From: Eledone cirrhosa
Lineage: Eukaryota
NCBI GenBank assembly: GCA_964016885.1
Contig: OZ024743.1
Location: forward strand, 97,836,001 to 97,900,000
Length of the DNA stretch: 64,000 nucleotides
Direction of reading: 5' to 3'
The position numbers and the translations under genes were made by a program. The notes under the pieces were generated by a model that had not been told where the DNA came from, ran no database searches, and saw nothing but the letters and a program-made list of their open reading frames with translations. Positions 26,373 to 40,673 of the stretch are shown piece by piece; position 1 is the stretch's first letter; every line of letters starts with the position of its first letter.

Positions 26373-29300
26373 GTAGGAAGAAATTGCAATATGTGCATAG
26401 CAAGATAGAGAAATTGCAAGGCGAATGGCTGTAACTGTGGAATATGCATAACAATTAAAACAGCAGAAGCTAGTGTAATCTATCTTGCTACATGACATTG
26501 TAAACATTTACACCTTCACACAACTAGTTGCAGCTTCTCATATTTTGTGACGTTTCGTTGCTTAACAGATACTCGCTGAAATTTCTCCAAGTAAGCAATG
26601 GCGGCTATGAGATAGAGAGATTTATAACATTATGTTGCTATTGCTGGTTAGTCCCAATGGAGTCCTGGACTAACAGATCTAACCTATGTTTAGGGGACTT
26701 CAAACCATGACTCTCTACTCGATTCAGATATTGTTTCATTCAAACTACATTTTCTAATGCCTATCCGTTTTGTTTTTTCTTTAATGTAGAATGTGATTTA
26801 AGAGTGATTTAGTTCTTATGTCAAGTAGATCGTGTGAACACCTGTTGGTTGTTATAGTAACCGTGTTTAGCAACAGGTCTATAAATATTTAGCGGCACTG
26901 TAAATGTATACCCATTGTTAAACCACATGTTTTTCGCCAGTTTGAGAGGAAAAAACATGTGGTTTCCTAGAATTTTAGAATTTCCTTAATGGCTAGGTGC
27001 CACAATGTCACTGTACTTTCAATGATAGGCTGTCTTGGTTCACTTGAGCATACAAATATATAACCAGTATAATTCAATATTTAGTCTCACAATTTCTACA
27101 AAATTGCAAGCCTAGGAAACGTTCGTCAATTTTATAATGCTCGTGTTGCCGTTTAGTTCATTGAACTAAGTAGACGTATGATTAAACACATTCCCGACAT
27201 GGCTATACCAATGTTTTCCGACATAATCTGTGTAGTATTACGTTATCCAATGTATCCTGCCTTATTAAAAACAGTGGGGATGCAGTTTGATGTAGATTTG
27301 GCTAAGTGAAATTGTTTTACTCCTTTTGCTTATAGTGTTAAGTTATCTTACCTTGTGATCCCTAGCTACAGCTAATGAAATGAACTGCTGAAAGCTGTAT
27401 TTTTCCAGGGACACATTGTAGTGCAATTGACATGATACAGACAACTTTTCAAATGGTTATCCAAATCTTTATCAGTTCGGTGTTATGCATCTCCGTTCGT
27501 ATATTCCCAGTCAAAATTGAACTGGGAAGCTTATGAGACTGAACATGTAGACGCAGAAAAGATATAATAACAGAAAGATTTTGAATAAATATGTAACTTA
27601 AGTTAAAGTATCAACACGTGGAGAATTAAGAAGAAAAATATATTGGAAGTTGTATTAAAGTTGATTGTACACAGTTCTGACAGATTGTTCTTAATAATTA
27701 GATTCTTGACACGGCTGTAATTGAATGCTTCTATAATGCTGTGTTCTTTAGTTTAATCTTGAGTAGGCAATGAATTACCCAGATAATACAGAATCTGTTA
27801 TTCGTTTGTCTGGATATACATAATGAATCAGTGAATCATTGAACTTCAACATCTGAATAAGAGCAACATTGTAATCGGCAAACCTGTTAACGTTCAATAT
27901 GAAATACAACATAAGCGGGTCATGGACATCAACAATATGTCAAGTGTCTTCTGAATAAATATATCAGATTGATGTACTTCTACATGGCAATCCAGTATTG
28001 AGAAGCTCGGCTACAATATTCAAAGTGAGATCGAACCAAGGTTATTTGCATTATACACTGACATTTTATCAATTATGATTTAGTGACAGTCGACGCTAAG
28101 AAAATAATCCGGCTCAAGAGAAGATAATAAAAGATCGGAATACTTGATTCCACTTTCAGGATTGAATCCCAACCTATTTGAAGGAATTTTATTATGGAAC
28201 ATTATATCTTCAACATAGTCTGTCTCCGTCCTTTCTCTGCTGTTCTATTTCTTTTCTTAGATAATCGGCTTTGCAATATTCCCGTTAAGTTGCGAGAATT
28301 GTTATCGGCTTAGTTCGTGGTTACATCGGATGGGTCAAGTAAGAAGTTGTTTCAGAATATAAGTCAAGCCTTGAAGGAGAGCTAGCGCAATTTAAGTACA
28401 CTGATTCGGATTATGAAACTGTTGTTAGAATTCAGAGCGCTTTACTATGAAAAGCCACTCTCAACATGTCTGATGTGGAATGGATGCTAAAATATATCAA
28501 ATACAACTAACATTGCAATATGGAGCTTTCGTGATTTGAAGTTCCTAAATAACTGCGCTACAAAGACACAAAGATTTATATCGATAACATCAATATGTAC
28601 ATATGTAGGTAGATGCATGTCGTTTTAGAATGTTGGTTTTTAGGTGTATATGAATGTGAGTATATATGTGTTTGTGTGTATATGTGTGTATTGTGTGAAT
28701 ATGTGTGCGACTGTACGTATTGTGTGTATATGTGTGCGATTGTATGTATTGTGTGTATATGTGGGCGACTGTACGTAATGTGTCGTGAAATATTTCACAA
28801 CAAAGACTATAACTTATTTCGTTATTTTTATTTTAAATGTGTTTTGATAAGAAAGTCGTTAAGTGTTATGAAATTGTAAAGTGCTGGATTATAATACAGT
28901 AAAACATCTTTGTTGCATTCTGTAATATTTTGCGTTCAAATTCCGTGAGATGGAGCATGTCTTCCCATCCTCCGCGGCCTAGTTAAACATCTTAGTTGTT
29001 TTCTGTTGTATTCTAAGTTGAAATTATGCCACACACCAGACTCAATAAAATTAAGTATCGGTTCTACTCTAGACTCAATTCAATTGATAAACTCCTTCCT
29101 TGCAAACGCTACGAATGATTAGAAATAAATATATTCTACATTAGTAGCGAGGGTCATAAAGGAAGAGCTCAGTACTTGGCAAGATAGGACTGAATTTCCA
29201 GTTTACGCCAATTCACATCACTTACACTGCTTATATCTTTCATTCACTTTGGAATGGATCTACATTAGTTTCAGTGATAGGCTTTCCAGTTCAACGGAAG

Positions 29301-31479
29301 ACCCTGTTCGTAAAATTAACGTGTAAATTGATGAGTATTTTACAGACACGTGTATCATAGACGTAATTAGTTTGGGAGGAGATTCAGCGTGAAAAGGTGT
29401 GACAAATTTGGCCGTTTGAATTACAGTCGATCCGACAAGCTTCCAAATAATTTTAGTCTATCTAATTTCATTGATGCAAGGCTGTGGTGACGGTATTTCA
29501 TCGATGCGAGGCTGTGGTGACGGCATTTCTTAACCAGTCGACCATACTGCGCCCACGATTAGTTAAGAGAAGCAACAAAATATATATAAACATCATAAAT
29601 TGATAAAAGGATAAAATATATTTAATATGATGAAACTAGACCATTCCTATTGCTTATAGCAGAACTAATGAAACTATATGCTGTTGATGTAGGATTTGGT
29701 ATTGTTTCTCATTTCTTCAATAGATTTGTCTACCGGGAATAGTTTACAGAGACAAACAGACACGGACTAAAACAGAGTTTCTATGTGGTTCTTTGATCTA
29801 CTAGTAATAACAACTAAATTCCTCCCAAACCCCACCGTACTGTCTTAGAGCTCATAGAGAGTTTGAATAATACAATCCTGGATGTAATGTGTCTATAAAA
29901 ATGATGGAATTGACACGAGTAAAATGCTTTCAAATCGTTGGTCTCTACTTTATAACTAAGAGTAATTAAATTATATAAAGACTGAGAGTTAGCAGGACGG
30001 TAGAGCACTGGATAAAATGGTTCGTTGTGTTCTGAGTTGAAATCTGTGACCTATAACCTATTGTCATTGGACATCCGTTGGTATCGAGGATAAGTGTTCC
30101 AGTTCTTTGATCAAATGAACAGTCTGCTCTTGGCATTAACGTGCACGTGACTGCGCATTCCATAGACACTTGTACCCTTAACGTCGAACTCAAGGAGATT
30201 CAGCATGTACTGTATGTAAGAAGCCTTTCCATTTGAATTACAGATACAACCCATTTTTCCAGAGGAGTGGACTGAAGCAATGTGCTCCAGGACAGAATGT
30301 ACCGTCGGGCATCGAACTCACAATTTTCTTATCGTAAGCCAAGCACCTTAACCCCACGGGTTCATACGTATAGAATAAAGGATAACTATATACAAAGAGA
30401 GATAATTTAGAACTACTGATCTATAGGTCTTATATGTGGATTAGTTGTTTGCAATGTCGAAAGTGTTGAATTCTCAATGTGAATTTGAACTATAACATCG
30501 ATATTTCATAAATGTAGATATTTCTGTTGTTTAGCCATAAATCAATTCTAGCAAACAAGACCTACAATCCATGACATTCCATCCACAGCCATCTTGCCTT
30601 AATGTTTATATATCTAGGACTACATTGTCTAGTGTGTCGTTCAAATTTTTTAAGAAGGTATTATTTGAGTTGGGAAATGTGGCTGCAATCACTAGCAGGT
30701 TGAATGACTACGTTGAGAATCTCTGCTTAGCTTGATATGGTATTGTAATTTTATCGACTTGTAATTGAACACAAAAAGAAAATAATCAAGATAGTTGACG
30801 GAGATTATATAGAAATGTATAGATTACACATATGTAATATATTGAGTTGGAAAACTTCGGAGAACTGATAGTATTCAAGCAATTAGGAGATAAAAACTAG
30901 CTTTAGAGTTACGTAATATTTAAACAACGAAACAACGAAACACGAGTTTTTTTTAACAATAGGACAAATAGACAATGCACTTAAAAAATAGAATTAAAAG
31001 GCAGTTAGTTATTGTTTAGAAAATATGGAAGTAATTGATCCGAAATTAAACATTGACTACACATGTTGCGGAGAAGTCTCACTCAAGCTCGATTCATGGT
31101 TTCAGGCGAAAAATGAGCATTTTTCTCACCGAGAAAAGAACTTCAGTGGCGTACATGCCAACGAGGTGCATATAATTCACTTCTGTTTTTTAACTCTACC
31201 TAGATCTCTGATTTTATTACCTGAAAACAACACACACTCATCTTAATATTTTGTTTTATTAATCTGACTTTCCTTTTTATTATGAACAGTAGAATAACGT
31301 TAGGTAATCCTTTAACTGTCTGCAATAAAGACAGACATTTTGTCTGCAAATATAGATATAATATTATCAAACACATAAAACATATAATGTGTCCACTTAC
31401 TTCTCAGCAAATATGTTTTTATTTATTTTTTAATTCACACCATACTCTGGCTTATATTAATTAGATAAACGGATTTAAA

Positions 31480-32272
31480 ATAAAGGAATTTCCCCCACTA
31501 TCTGAATAAAGTACCTACATGCATGGCTAATTTGTGGCATGTGCAATATGGAGACAACAGTAACAAAATGTATTGACCAGACTTGAAGAGTTCTGGTCTC
31601 TTGCGACGAACTCTCTTTCTGAATTGTATAAAAACCTCTACATGGTACGTTTTTTGACTGCCTGGTCGTGGGAGACTCAGTGGATGTAGATAATGCCTTT
31701 ACTGCCGAAGAATGGACCTGCTTTTCCTGGCCTTCTTGGGTCTTTGGGATCAGAATGTTTCCACTGGGCAATCTGTCTCTTGGTCGTTGGAACATAACAG
31801 TAGACCCAGCTCTAATCACAGATTACCAGAGACTCAAGGGCACTTGGATTCGAAGCCATCCATTCATTCATCTCTCTGCTGACATTAACGCGCCTCTGCT
31901 TTTGATCTTCATTGAGTATCCTGGGAACAAACTTTGCTCATGTTCAGATCAACATGAATGACTGCACAGTACCCTCAGCTAAATCAAATTGTTTAGCAAT
32001 CCTCAGAAGAGATGCACGACGGTCGTCGCCCAGAAATATGCCAACTTTGGCATCCTTCTGTCCCTCTCCTTGCCACACCTCTTGTCATCCCTCACCTGCT
32101 CCCTGCTCACTGGGAACCTATTGTGCCAGCGGAAAACAGTAAGCCTGCCCAAGAAAATTAGTCCGTAAGCGGTTTTGACCATATCATAGGTTCCTGCAGA
32201 GATTTTGCCGAGCTTGACACAAAACCTTATTGCATAACGAATTTGAAAATTGTCCTCACGTATCGACATCAT
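31480..32272 (-). pseudogene. Mariner transposase pseudogene
   Basis: IRYAIRFCVKLGK...TVFRWHNRF...DDKRCG, KFVPRIL (WVPREL-like), ICD*SWVYCY...QW; stops and frameshifts. Confidence 0.9.
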
Positions 32273-33024
32273 TGTGGAACCAGTCACCTGTGACAAGACG
32301 TGTATGACGGGCAGTGTTTAATGCTGTAGCGGCTTGAACCTTTAACCTGGAAAAAGAAATAGCATATTAGCTAATTATAACCATATGAAGGATGTATTAG
32401 TGTGACAGTTGCGTGGCTCAATTAAAAGAATCTGAAAAGAAATGTCTCAAACCTTCTTGAGTGTGGGCGGGGGTATAAGAATTGGTCTGCAATAGTACGT
32501 ATAATACATGACCATAGATATTTTAATCAATACTATATATTTTAGGACATTTTCTTTCCATTGAGAATTTTCAAATATTTCAATTTGAAAGAAACATTAA
32601 TTTATTACTTATCAAATATCTAATAGAAAATAAAATCGTAGCTGCTTTAATTTGTCGCTATAGCTACTGGTAATTGCAAATACACGATACTAAGCGATTT
32701 TTTATGTTACCTTCGGAATGTTTAAATATAAACTAAATGAATTCGTTTATACAGTATGATTCTGATACTTCACAGTAGAATTTGTATAACCAAATTAAAT
32801 ATCCATCAATAAATTATCTATCTCATTAATATATTTAAATAATAATGTAGTGGATTGGCACAGAATCGTAGTAGTGTTAGATAAAATACCTTACGGCATT
32901 TAGTTACAACTGTTTACTTTCTGAGTTTAAATCCAGAAACCTTTATTTCATTCATTCCGCAGTCAATAAATTAAATATCCAAGAAGAACTCGTTTCTATA
33001 TAATTCCTTATTACAGCCCCACCT

Positions 33025-33215
33025 CTAATCACCGGTTGGTTTTGCCCGTAAAATCTGTCCAGCGATTTTTTCCTGAGACATTCCAACCACATGCCCATAA
33101 TATCGGAGCTGTGATGTCTCAATTCGGAGAAGTAGCAGCTCTACCTGGAGTGACTCTACCTGGAGTGACTCTCTGATCTCCGAGCTACGCACTTCATCGA
33201 GTAACATTACTCCAA
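33025..33215 (-). mobile_element. RTE LINE ORF 3' fragment
   Basis: RSSEIRESLQVELLLLRIETSQLRYYGHVVGM; same family as 48283-48622. Confidence 0.85.
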
Positions 33216-33235
33216 AGGCCCCCACATACACACAC

Positions 33236-33294
<59 letters not shown>

Positions 33295-33296
<2 letters not shown>

Positions 33297-33500
33297 CGAA
33301 GGAAATGTGGTAAGGAGCCAGATGGACGATAACGCACCAAAGTAGTCAATACTTAGGGTAGTAGAGTGGGTAATAGGAACAAGTATGACCCCGACGGCAG
33401 AGCTCAAGCCGTTTCGACGGCTAATTCTGGACTACATAAGAATGTTTAGCCTGGTAAATAAATAGCCGAACTTCTCAGGGGGTAATTCCTTATATGGGAA
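33295..33500 (-). mobile_element. Family P1 copy with the complete hammerhead fold (33388-33483)
   Basis: Minus strand ACCCC-CTGAGAA-long stem II (CGGCTA/TAGCCG)-GAAACGGC..GCCGTC-GGGGT. Confidence 0.75.
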
Positions 33501-33699
33501 GATAGTAATTGTCAAAAGGATTGGTCAAAAATTTGTTGTAAAGACAGATGATTCTATCATGGCATTTAGTGGGAGGTAGGGGTGGCTGAACTTGCTGGTA
33601 GAACAAAGAGGGAGTGCGGGATATATATATATATTGGAGAGAGAGAGGGGGGGAGAAAGGTGGATAGAAGGAGCGAGTGAGACAGGGAAAGAGAAAGAT

Positions 33700-34548
33700 T
33701 TATCGGTAATAATTGTTTCTAGATTAGGTACACTGCCAGCAAATGTTGTCAGAGGAAAAAGTCGATTAAATCTACTCCAGTGCATTACTGGTACTTTATT
33801 TTATCGACCACGGAACGCTCAAGTGCAATGTTGACCTTTGACTCGGATCAAAGACTTGACTCAGAATTAGATTAATTAATTTATTGGTAATAATTGTTTC
33901 TACTTTTGGCACAAGGCCAGCAATTACCCAGTACATTACTGGTACTTTATTTTATCGACCAGGGAACGCTGAAGTGCAATGTTAACCTTTGACTCGGATC
34001 AAAGACTTGACTCAGAACTAGATTAATTAATTTATCGGTAATAATTGTTTCTACTTTTGGCACAAGGTCAGCAATTATCCAGTACATTACTGGTACTTTA
34101 TTTTATCGACCACGGAACGCTGAAGTGCAATGTTGACCTTTGACTCGGATCAAAGACTTGACTCAGAACTAGATTAATTAATGTATCGGTAATAATTGTT
34201 TCTACTTTTGGCACAAGGTCAGCAATTACCCAGTATATTACTGGTACTTTATTTTATCGACCACGGAACGCTGAAGTGCAATGTTGACCTTTGACTCGGA
34301 TCAAAGACTTGACTCAGAACTAGATTAATTAATTTATCGGTAATAATTGTTTCTACTTTTGGCACAAGGCCAGCAATTACCCAGTACATTACTGGTACTT
34401 TATTTTATCGACCCCATAAGGATGAAAGGCAAAGTTAACCTCGGCGGGATTTGAACTCAGAATGGCAAGGGCCGTAACTATTGTAGAAAGCATGGCGTCC
34501 AACCCTCTACCGATACTGCCAATTCACCGCCTTTTATCGGTAATAATG
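33700..34548 (-). repeat. Tandem array of SINE-A fragments (151-bp unit) ending in a full SINE
   Basis: AATTGTTTC at 33711, 33892, 34043, 34194, 34345. Confidence 0.9.
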
Positions 34549-35295
34549 AAATCGACATACAATACTTGACATTATAATTAACGTTTTACAAAGATTGATC
34601 GGTCCAATTGAAGCATATCAGTATATATTTTCCATTATCTTAGAGCAACTGTACTTACAGTAAATATCAACTTAGTAACCTAAACCAAACGATATTACTA
34701 CACTGAATGGAGAAAATAATGGCATTTTCACTTATTGTTACAGAGTTTGTGAAAACCCTCGTCGATTATTTTGCAAATATGTTTGACTTCCTCCCTAATA
34801 GGTTTTAGAAATAATATATCAGAGAATCTGATGCATTAATTTCCGACGAAATAACTGCCGCAAGGCAAGTAACTGACACAAGCAAGGGAAGAAATTCATT
34901 TAATGTTGTTACGACATATGTATATAATATATTCTGCACTTAAAATCGATTTCCATATCACACTTCTTTTTAAAAGAGGCGTTTAAAATATCGTACATTT
35001 CTATGGTTTTAGCGTTTATGGTGGAAAGAGATAGATGTGAGTATTCTAACTATATACGGCAGCACACAGCAAAACCTAGCCATTTAATGTCATACAAAAG
35101 CACCTGAACCATAAAATTTAGCTTTTGTTTTTCTTAATGAGCTACATTATGAGTAAACTGAACATGTACTGTACACATATTACGAAGTGTACTCTCAATA
35201 CAATAGAAATAACACCAAAAACAACACTGCACATACCCAAGGCACACAGAACTGTGCTCAGTAATGCAATAATAACACGGAAAAATAACGATTTA

Positions 35296-35502
35296 TACTT
35301 TAGGAACAAGGCAAGCAATTTGGGAAGAGGGAAAAGTCGATTAAATCGACCCCTGTGCATTACTGGTACTTTATTTATTGACTCCATAAGGATGAAAGGC
35401 AAAGCTAACCTAGGTGGGATTTGAACTCATAACGTAGAGGGCCATAACTCTATACCGTCTAGCATAAAGTCCGACGCTCTACCAATATGCCAATCCACTG
35501 CT
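35296..35502 (-). mobile_element. SINE family A
   Basis: Core and B-box match. Confidence 0.85.
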
Positions 35503-35509
35503 TAATAAT

Positions 35510-36909
35510 GATTTCATTTATTGGCCACAAGAGCCGACATATAGGGGACAATATAAAAGACTGGGACAGTGGGGTTTTACAGAAAAATCGAGTAAACAAT
35601 ATGAATAACAATAACAAAGTAACAATAAAAATACAACAAAAATTCCCCAATAGGGGGGGGGATGACCACCCAGGGTTTGCTCAGATAACGCACCAATCCT
35701 GAACGACTCGACGCTTCGTGAGCACCCTGGAAGGGCACCCCTCTCCTCCTCGCATTTACCCACCTACAAGCGCATAACCAGAGCAGGCCCACTCACAAGG
35801 GCCATTCTCACCACATTCACCCACCTTTCAGCAAATGTACTGGGAGGGCAGCACTTCTCTCTCCACCCTCACCTTCCTTGTCAAGTGAAACCTGAAAAAG
35901 TTGATGAAGGATTGGCCGAAGAGAAAAGTGTCTGTCTTCAGTCCTTTTAACCTGGTCCACCATATAACCTCTTTCGCTACTGCCACCAGACAGAGGAAAA
36001 TTACTTGCCCTTCCTGGCCAAAAGAAGGCGGCGCGTTGATCTTCACTATGGACTCGGCCGATAGCCGGATCCGTTCTACACGCGACAACAGCTGTTCGAC
36101 ATAACTCCACAAGTCAGTAATGCACGGACACTGGACGAGTGCGTGCAGAACGGTTTCGTCGCTCTGTGCCAATCTCGGGCAGGTCCGTCTGACAGCACTT
36201 CCGTGCCTGTAGAGTTTATCTCGAACTGGCAGTGTCCCCCGGTAGCACTGCCAAGCGAGGGATTTTTGGAAATTATCCATCGTCCCCGGCTCGAAAGTCC
36301 TCCGGAACAGACTGGTTAGTTCGACTTCGTTGACGCCCAGAACATTTCCGAGTGCGTCGTCGCACTTCCCACCACTAATCCTCTATAGAGGATTAACAAC
36401 CGAGCAAAGTGCTGGCGAAAGGCCTCACACATCCGCTTGGAATCACTTATCTCGAGTCCATCTCGGTCCGTCAAATACCGAATCGTCGTTTTATTACCAA
36501 GCTGCACCCCTGCCACGCAGGCCCATCGAACAGCTTTGGTTCCCTCGTTTCTCAGAGCACGCGCCTTAGCTCTGACAATGCAACCTTCGTGTTTCGCATT
36601 GAAGAAATGATCTAATGCCATTCTCGCCGCTAGCACGTCAGTTGCAATGCCACTACCAATAGCCTCGTCTAACTTATCTACCAACTCCCCTCCTTTCTAT
36701 TTTTCTCTAACGTTACTTCTTTGCTAAACTCTATCGACATTACTCTAATCTCTCTATTGTTGACGACTCCACCTGTCAACTTTTTCTTAACTAAATTGTT
36801 GACCTGGTCCCTGTAAGCCTTGCGTGCCGGCAATGACATGTTCAGCTTCCAGTAACCAGGTCCTAACCTACGCGTCTTATCTAGGTTGACCATACAGATC
36901 ACAAACTTG
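35510..36909 (-). mobile_element. Tx1/L1-group LINE, 5'-truncated and lacking RT, with 18-bp TSD
   Basis: GPGYWKLN (post-endonuclease), GCIVRAKAR linker, zf-RVT-like LAWQCYRGTLPVRDKL..TCPR..ETVLHALVQCP; AATCCACTGCTTAATAAT at 35492 and 36910. Confidence 0.88.
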
Positions 36910-38089
36910 AATCCACTGCTTAATAATAATATAAAGAGATGGTTGTTTATTTGTTAATTGTTATCAAAGCTCTTTCGTCACACATCCTGTGACCGCCTCA
37001 GTAACTACTTTTGTCGTTATATTTGTGTCTCTCATTTGTTCTGTCTTACGCCATCTTCAGAAGATTTCAAATATTTTAACAGCAGAATCAAAATTCTATT
37101 AATACTTGCCAATGAAAAATTCTTTACGCAATCACTCGAGCAACTAGATATAGAAACTAACTCTTACACCAATCTTACACACCCCAACGTTTTAAAACAA
37201 GAGGACTGGTTAGATAATATAGTCCTTGATACACACAAAGATGTGGGGGTAATATATTCGCATCAGCAGCAGCAACAACCCAAAGAGATTCGAAGTCGTA
37301 TCTACGTAGTCACATGAACTGCTATAAATCATTGTCAGGTGTTTATTGGACTTCGTTGGTTCCAGTGCAGAATGTTCCAGTTGTTCAAACAACGACAGAG
37401 CCTACTCGTAAAATTAAACGTGTGACTGAGTAATCTACAGACACATATTTTTAACGGAGTTCTGGGGGACATTCTGTGTGACGCAGTAAGTGATAAGGTC
37501 TGAATTACAGGAATGACTTATCTTTTCTAAATGAATGATCTGGTACAACCTGGAATTCAGTATCTTGCGGAAAGATGCAACACAGGAAATTGAACTCAGG
37601 ACAATGAGGTCGAGAGACGATCAATGTAACCACTGAACTACGCGCCTTTACAAAAATCTCTCTTAAATCACACTATACCCTATTAAAAAGGGAAAACACA
37701 TTGTATAATAAATTCCTGGAACTCTTCTTATCATCTCTTCTTACACTCAGATTTAAATATTCTATTTCATCATTCTGAGTCAGAATTTTATATCGTTGAA
37801 GCTTCCATCTTCTAATCGATTTCCTATTGGAAGACATACTACAGCCAGCTGTTGAAGCTGAACTCAATTGTATCAAGCCCACCGTTCGGGGGGGGGGGGG
37901 GGGCTGGCTTCACACCATGAATTAGAACATTACTTACGCTCATCTTTTCCTTTGTCTTTTTACGAATCAACTATTTTTCTTTGAGTCACTGTTAGACACT
38001 TGTACGTAGCTGAAACGAAAATAGAAATAACATTACGCACGCGCACAAGCACGCACACAATGATACTTCCTGTACAAACAATAACTTTA

Positions 38090-38453
38090 CATATACGCAA
38101 TAGCATTATACACACACACACACGCACACACACACACAAAAATAGCATTGCACACATACACACACACACCAAAATAGCATTGCACACATACATACACACA
38201 CTCACCAAAATAGCATTGCATACATACATACACACACACACACCAAAATAGCATTGCATACATACACACACACACACCAAAATAGCATTGCATACATACA
38301 TACACACACACACACCAAAATAGCATTGCATACATACATACACACACACATCAAAATAGCATTGCATACATACATACGCATACACATACATACACACACA
38401 CACACACACACATACCAAAATAGCATTGCACACACACACACCAAAATAGCATT

Positions 38454-38497
<44 letters not shown>

Positions 38498-38530
38498 GCG
38501 CATACGGCAAAATAGCATTGCATACATACA
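38090..38530. repeat. Minisatellite of CAAAATAGCATTG spaced by (CA)n
   Basis: About 12 variable-length units. Confidence 0.9.
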
Positions 38531-38874
38531 CAACAACATTGGACAAACACATATCGTATAAACATCATACACACACATCATACACACACACATAGACACA
38601 CATTCATACACTCATACACACACATTCATACACACACACATACACACACATTCATATATTCACTCACACACAGAAATATATGTGACACGACACACACACA
38701 TTGGAATATCGTCTGGTAAACATATTTCGGTCACGCAAACATTTACTTAAAGCATTTTTATTCTTTCTTTATTACGTTATCCTATACGAGCCCGTAGCCT
38801 TTGTCAGACTTTACCTCCATATTGGAATAGATGTCATAGGTTGTCTTAGTCTTCTGGTAGTTGGTGTCTGTACT

Positions 38875-39400
38875 GGGGAGGAGGAGTGAGATAGAGGGGG
38901 TGAGGGAGGGAAAGAGAGTGTGAAACGTAGAGAGGGTGGGAGAAAGGGTAAGTGAAAGGGGGGGGTGAGGGAGAGAGAGGGAGAGAGAGTGAGAGAGAGG
39001 GTGGGAGGGAGGGAGAGAGATAAAAGTAGAGGGGGTGAGTGATAGATGGTGTGAGGAAGAGAGAGTGAGATAGAGGGTGGGAGGGAGAGAAAGAAAGGGA
39101 GAGGGGGTGAGTGAAAGAGGGTGGGCGGAGAGAGCGAGGGTGGGAGGTAGAGAGAGAGTGGGAGGTAGATAGAGAGTGGGGGGGAGAGAGAGTGGAAGGG
39201 AGCGAGAGATAGTGTCGGGAGAGAGAGAGTGAGAGAGGGTGGGGTGGAGAGAGAGAGAGGGGTGGGAGGGAGAGGGTGAAGGGTGAGAGGGAGAGAAAGT
39301 GAGTGAAATAGAGAGAGAGTGGGAGGGAAAGAGAGAGAGAGCGAGAGAACGAGACAGAGAAAGAGAGAGACGCGCACACACAGACGCAGAGAGACAGACA
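38875..39400. repeat. G/A-rich purine low-complexity tract
   Basis: Direct reading. Confidence 0.85.
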
Positions 39401-39404
39401 GAGG

Positions 39405-39599
39405 GACAGCCTGACAGACAGAGAGACAGCCTGACAGACAGAGAGACAGCCTGACAGACAGAGAGACAGCCTGACAGACAGATAGATAGCCTGACAGACA
39501 GAGAGACAGCCTGACAGACAGATAGATAGCCTGACAGACAGAGAGACAGCCTGACAGACAGAGAGACAGCCTGACAGACAGAGAGACAGCCTGACAGAC

Positions 39600-39632
<33 letters not shown>

Positions 39633-39800
39633 GACAGCCTGACAGACAGAGAGACAGCCTGATAGACAGAGAGGCAGCCTGACAGACAGAGAGACAGCCT
39701 GACAGACAGATAGATAGCCTGACAGACAGAGAGACAGCCTGATAGACAGAGAGGCAGCCTGACAGACAGAGAGACAGCGTGACAGACAGAGAGACAGACG
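39405..39800. repeat. 20-bp minisatellite
   Basis: Unit GACAGCCTGACAGACAGAGA. Confidence 0.95.
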
Positions 39801-39960
39801 AACAGATAGGCAAAGGGAAACAACCATGGAGTAGCGTGGTGAGAGATGAACTGTAAGGTGTTTACGAGAGGTGCTACATACAATACTAATAACTATATTA
39901 AGACATGTACAGAACACAGCCATTTGTTTACATAGATTGTATTATATACACGGGGTAATA

Positions 39961-40140
39961 TAATTGTTTCTACTTTTGGCACAAGGCCAGCAATCATCGT
40001 AGTGTATTACTGGTACTTTATTTTATCGACCCCGTAAGGATGAAAGGCAAAGTTAACCACGGCGGGATTTGAACTCAGTCCGTAAAGGGACGTAACTGTA
40101 CTGCAAAGCATGGCGTCCGACCCTCTACCGATATTGCCAT
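39961..40140 (-). mobile_element. SINE family A
   Basis: Core and B-box match. Confidence 0.88.
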
Positions 40141-40446
40141 CACATGTGAGTTCAGATAATAATATATACCTACACAAATATATACACATAAATATATAAA
40201 CACAAATTTTACATACACACAAACAAAAGCACAAACGTGTAAGTATATTTGCTGGTAGTATTATATACAGAGATAGATAAATATACACACAGAGTACACA
40301 TTTTTATAAACATAACATATACACAGGCACTCACAGACATACAAACATACACATACATACATACACACACACGCATATATATATATATATATATATCCAC
40401 CACTCCCTCCACACACCCTGGGAAATCTCTTCCCACCCACTTTTCT

Positions 40447-40478
40447 CCTGAAGAAGGGCTTATGCCCGAAACGTCGTC
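40447..40478 (+). ncRNA. Hammerhead core in (TA)n-flanked fragment (40396-40562)
   Basis: CTGAAGA-AGGGC(TTAT)GCCC-GAAACGTC; stem I poorly paired. Confidence 0.65.
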
Positions 40479-40562
40479 CCCCTACCACCACCCTCAAGAG
40501 CGTGAAACTAATAGACCTTTGTTTGTACTGCCTCTCTGTTTTGTTCCCGTTCCATTTTTCAC

Positions 40563-40603
<41 letters not shown>

Positions 40604-40613
40604 ATAAAGAGAG

Positions 40614-40673
<60 letters not shown>

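Noticed and set aside
24851-26507. Long ORFs of 200-399 aa (YIHT/MYVC repeats)
   Set aside because: Translations of the (TACA)n microsatellite
27352-27460. Minus-strand exon ending at a GTAAG donor
   Set aside because: Short open frame, no homology cue and no convincing acceptor
38782-39923. Three overlapping ~350-aa minus-strand ORFs
   Set aside because: Stop-free GA-rich and 20-bp minisatellite sequence, open in all frames
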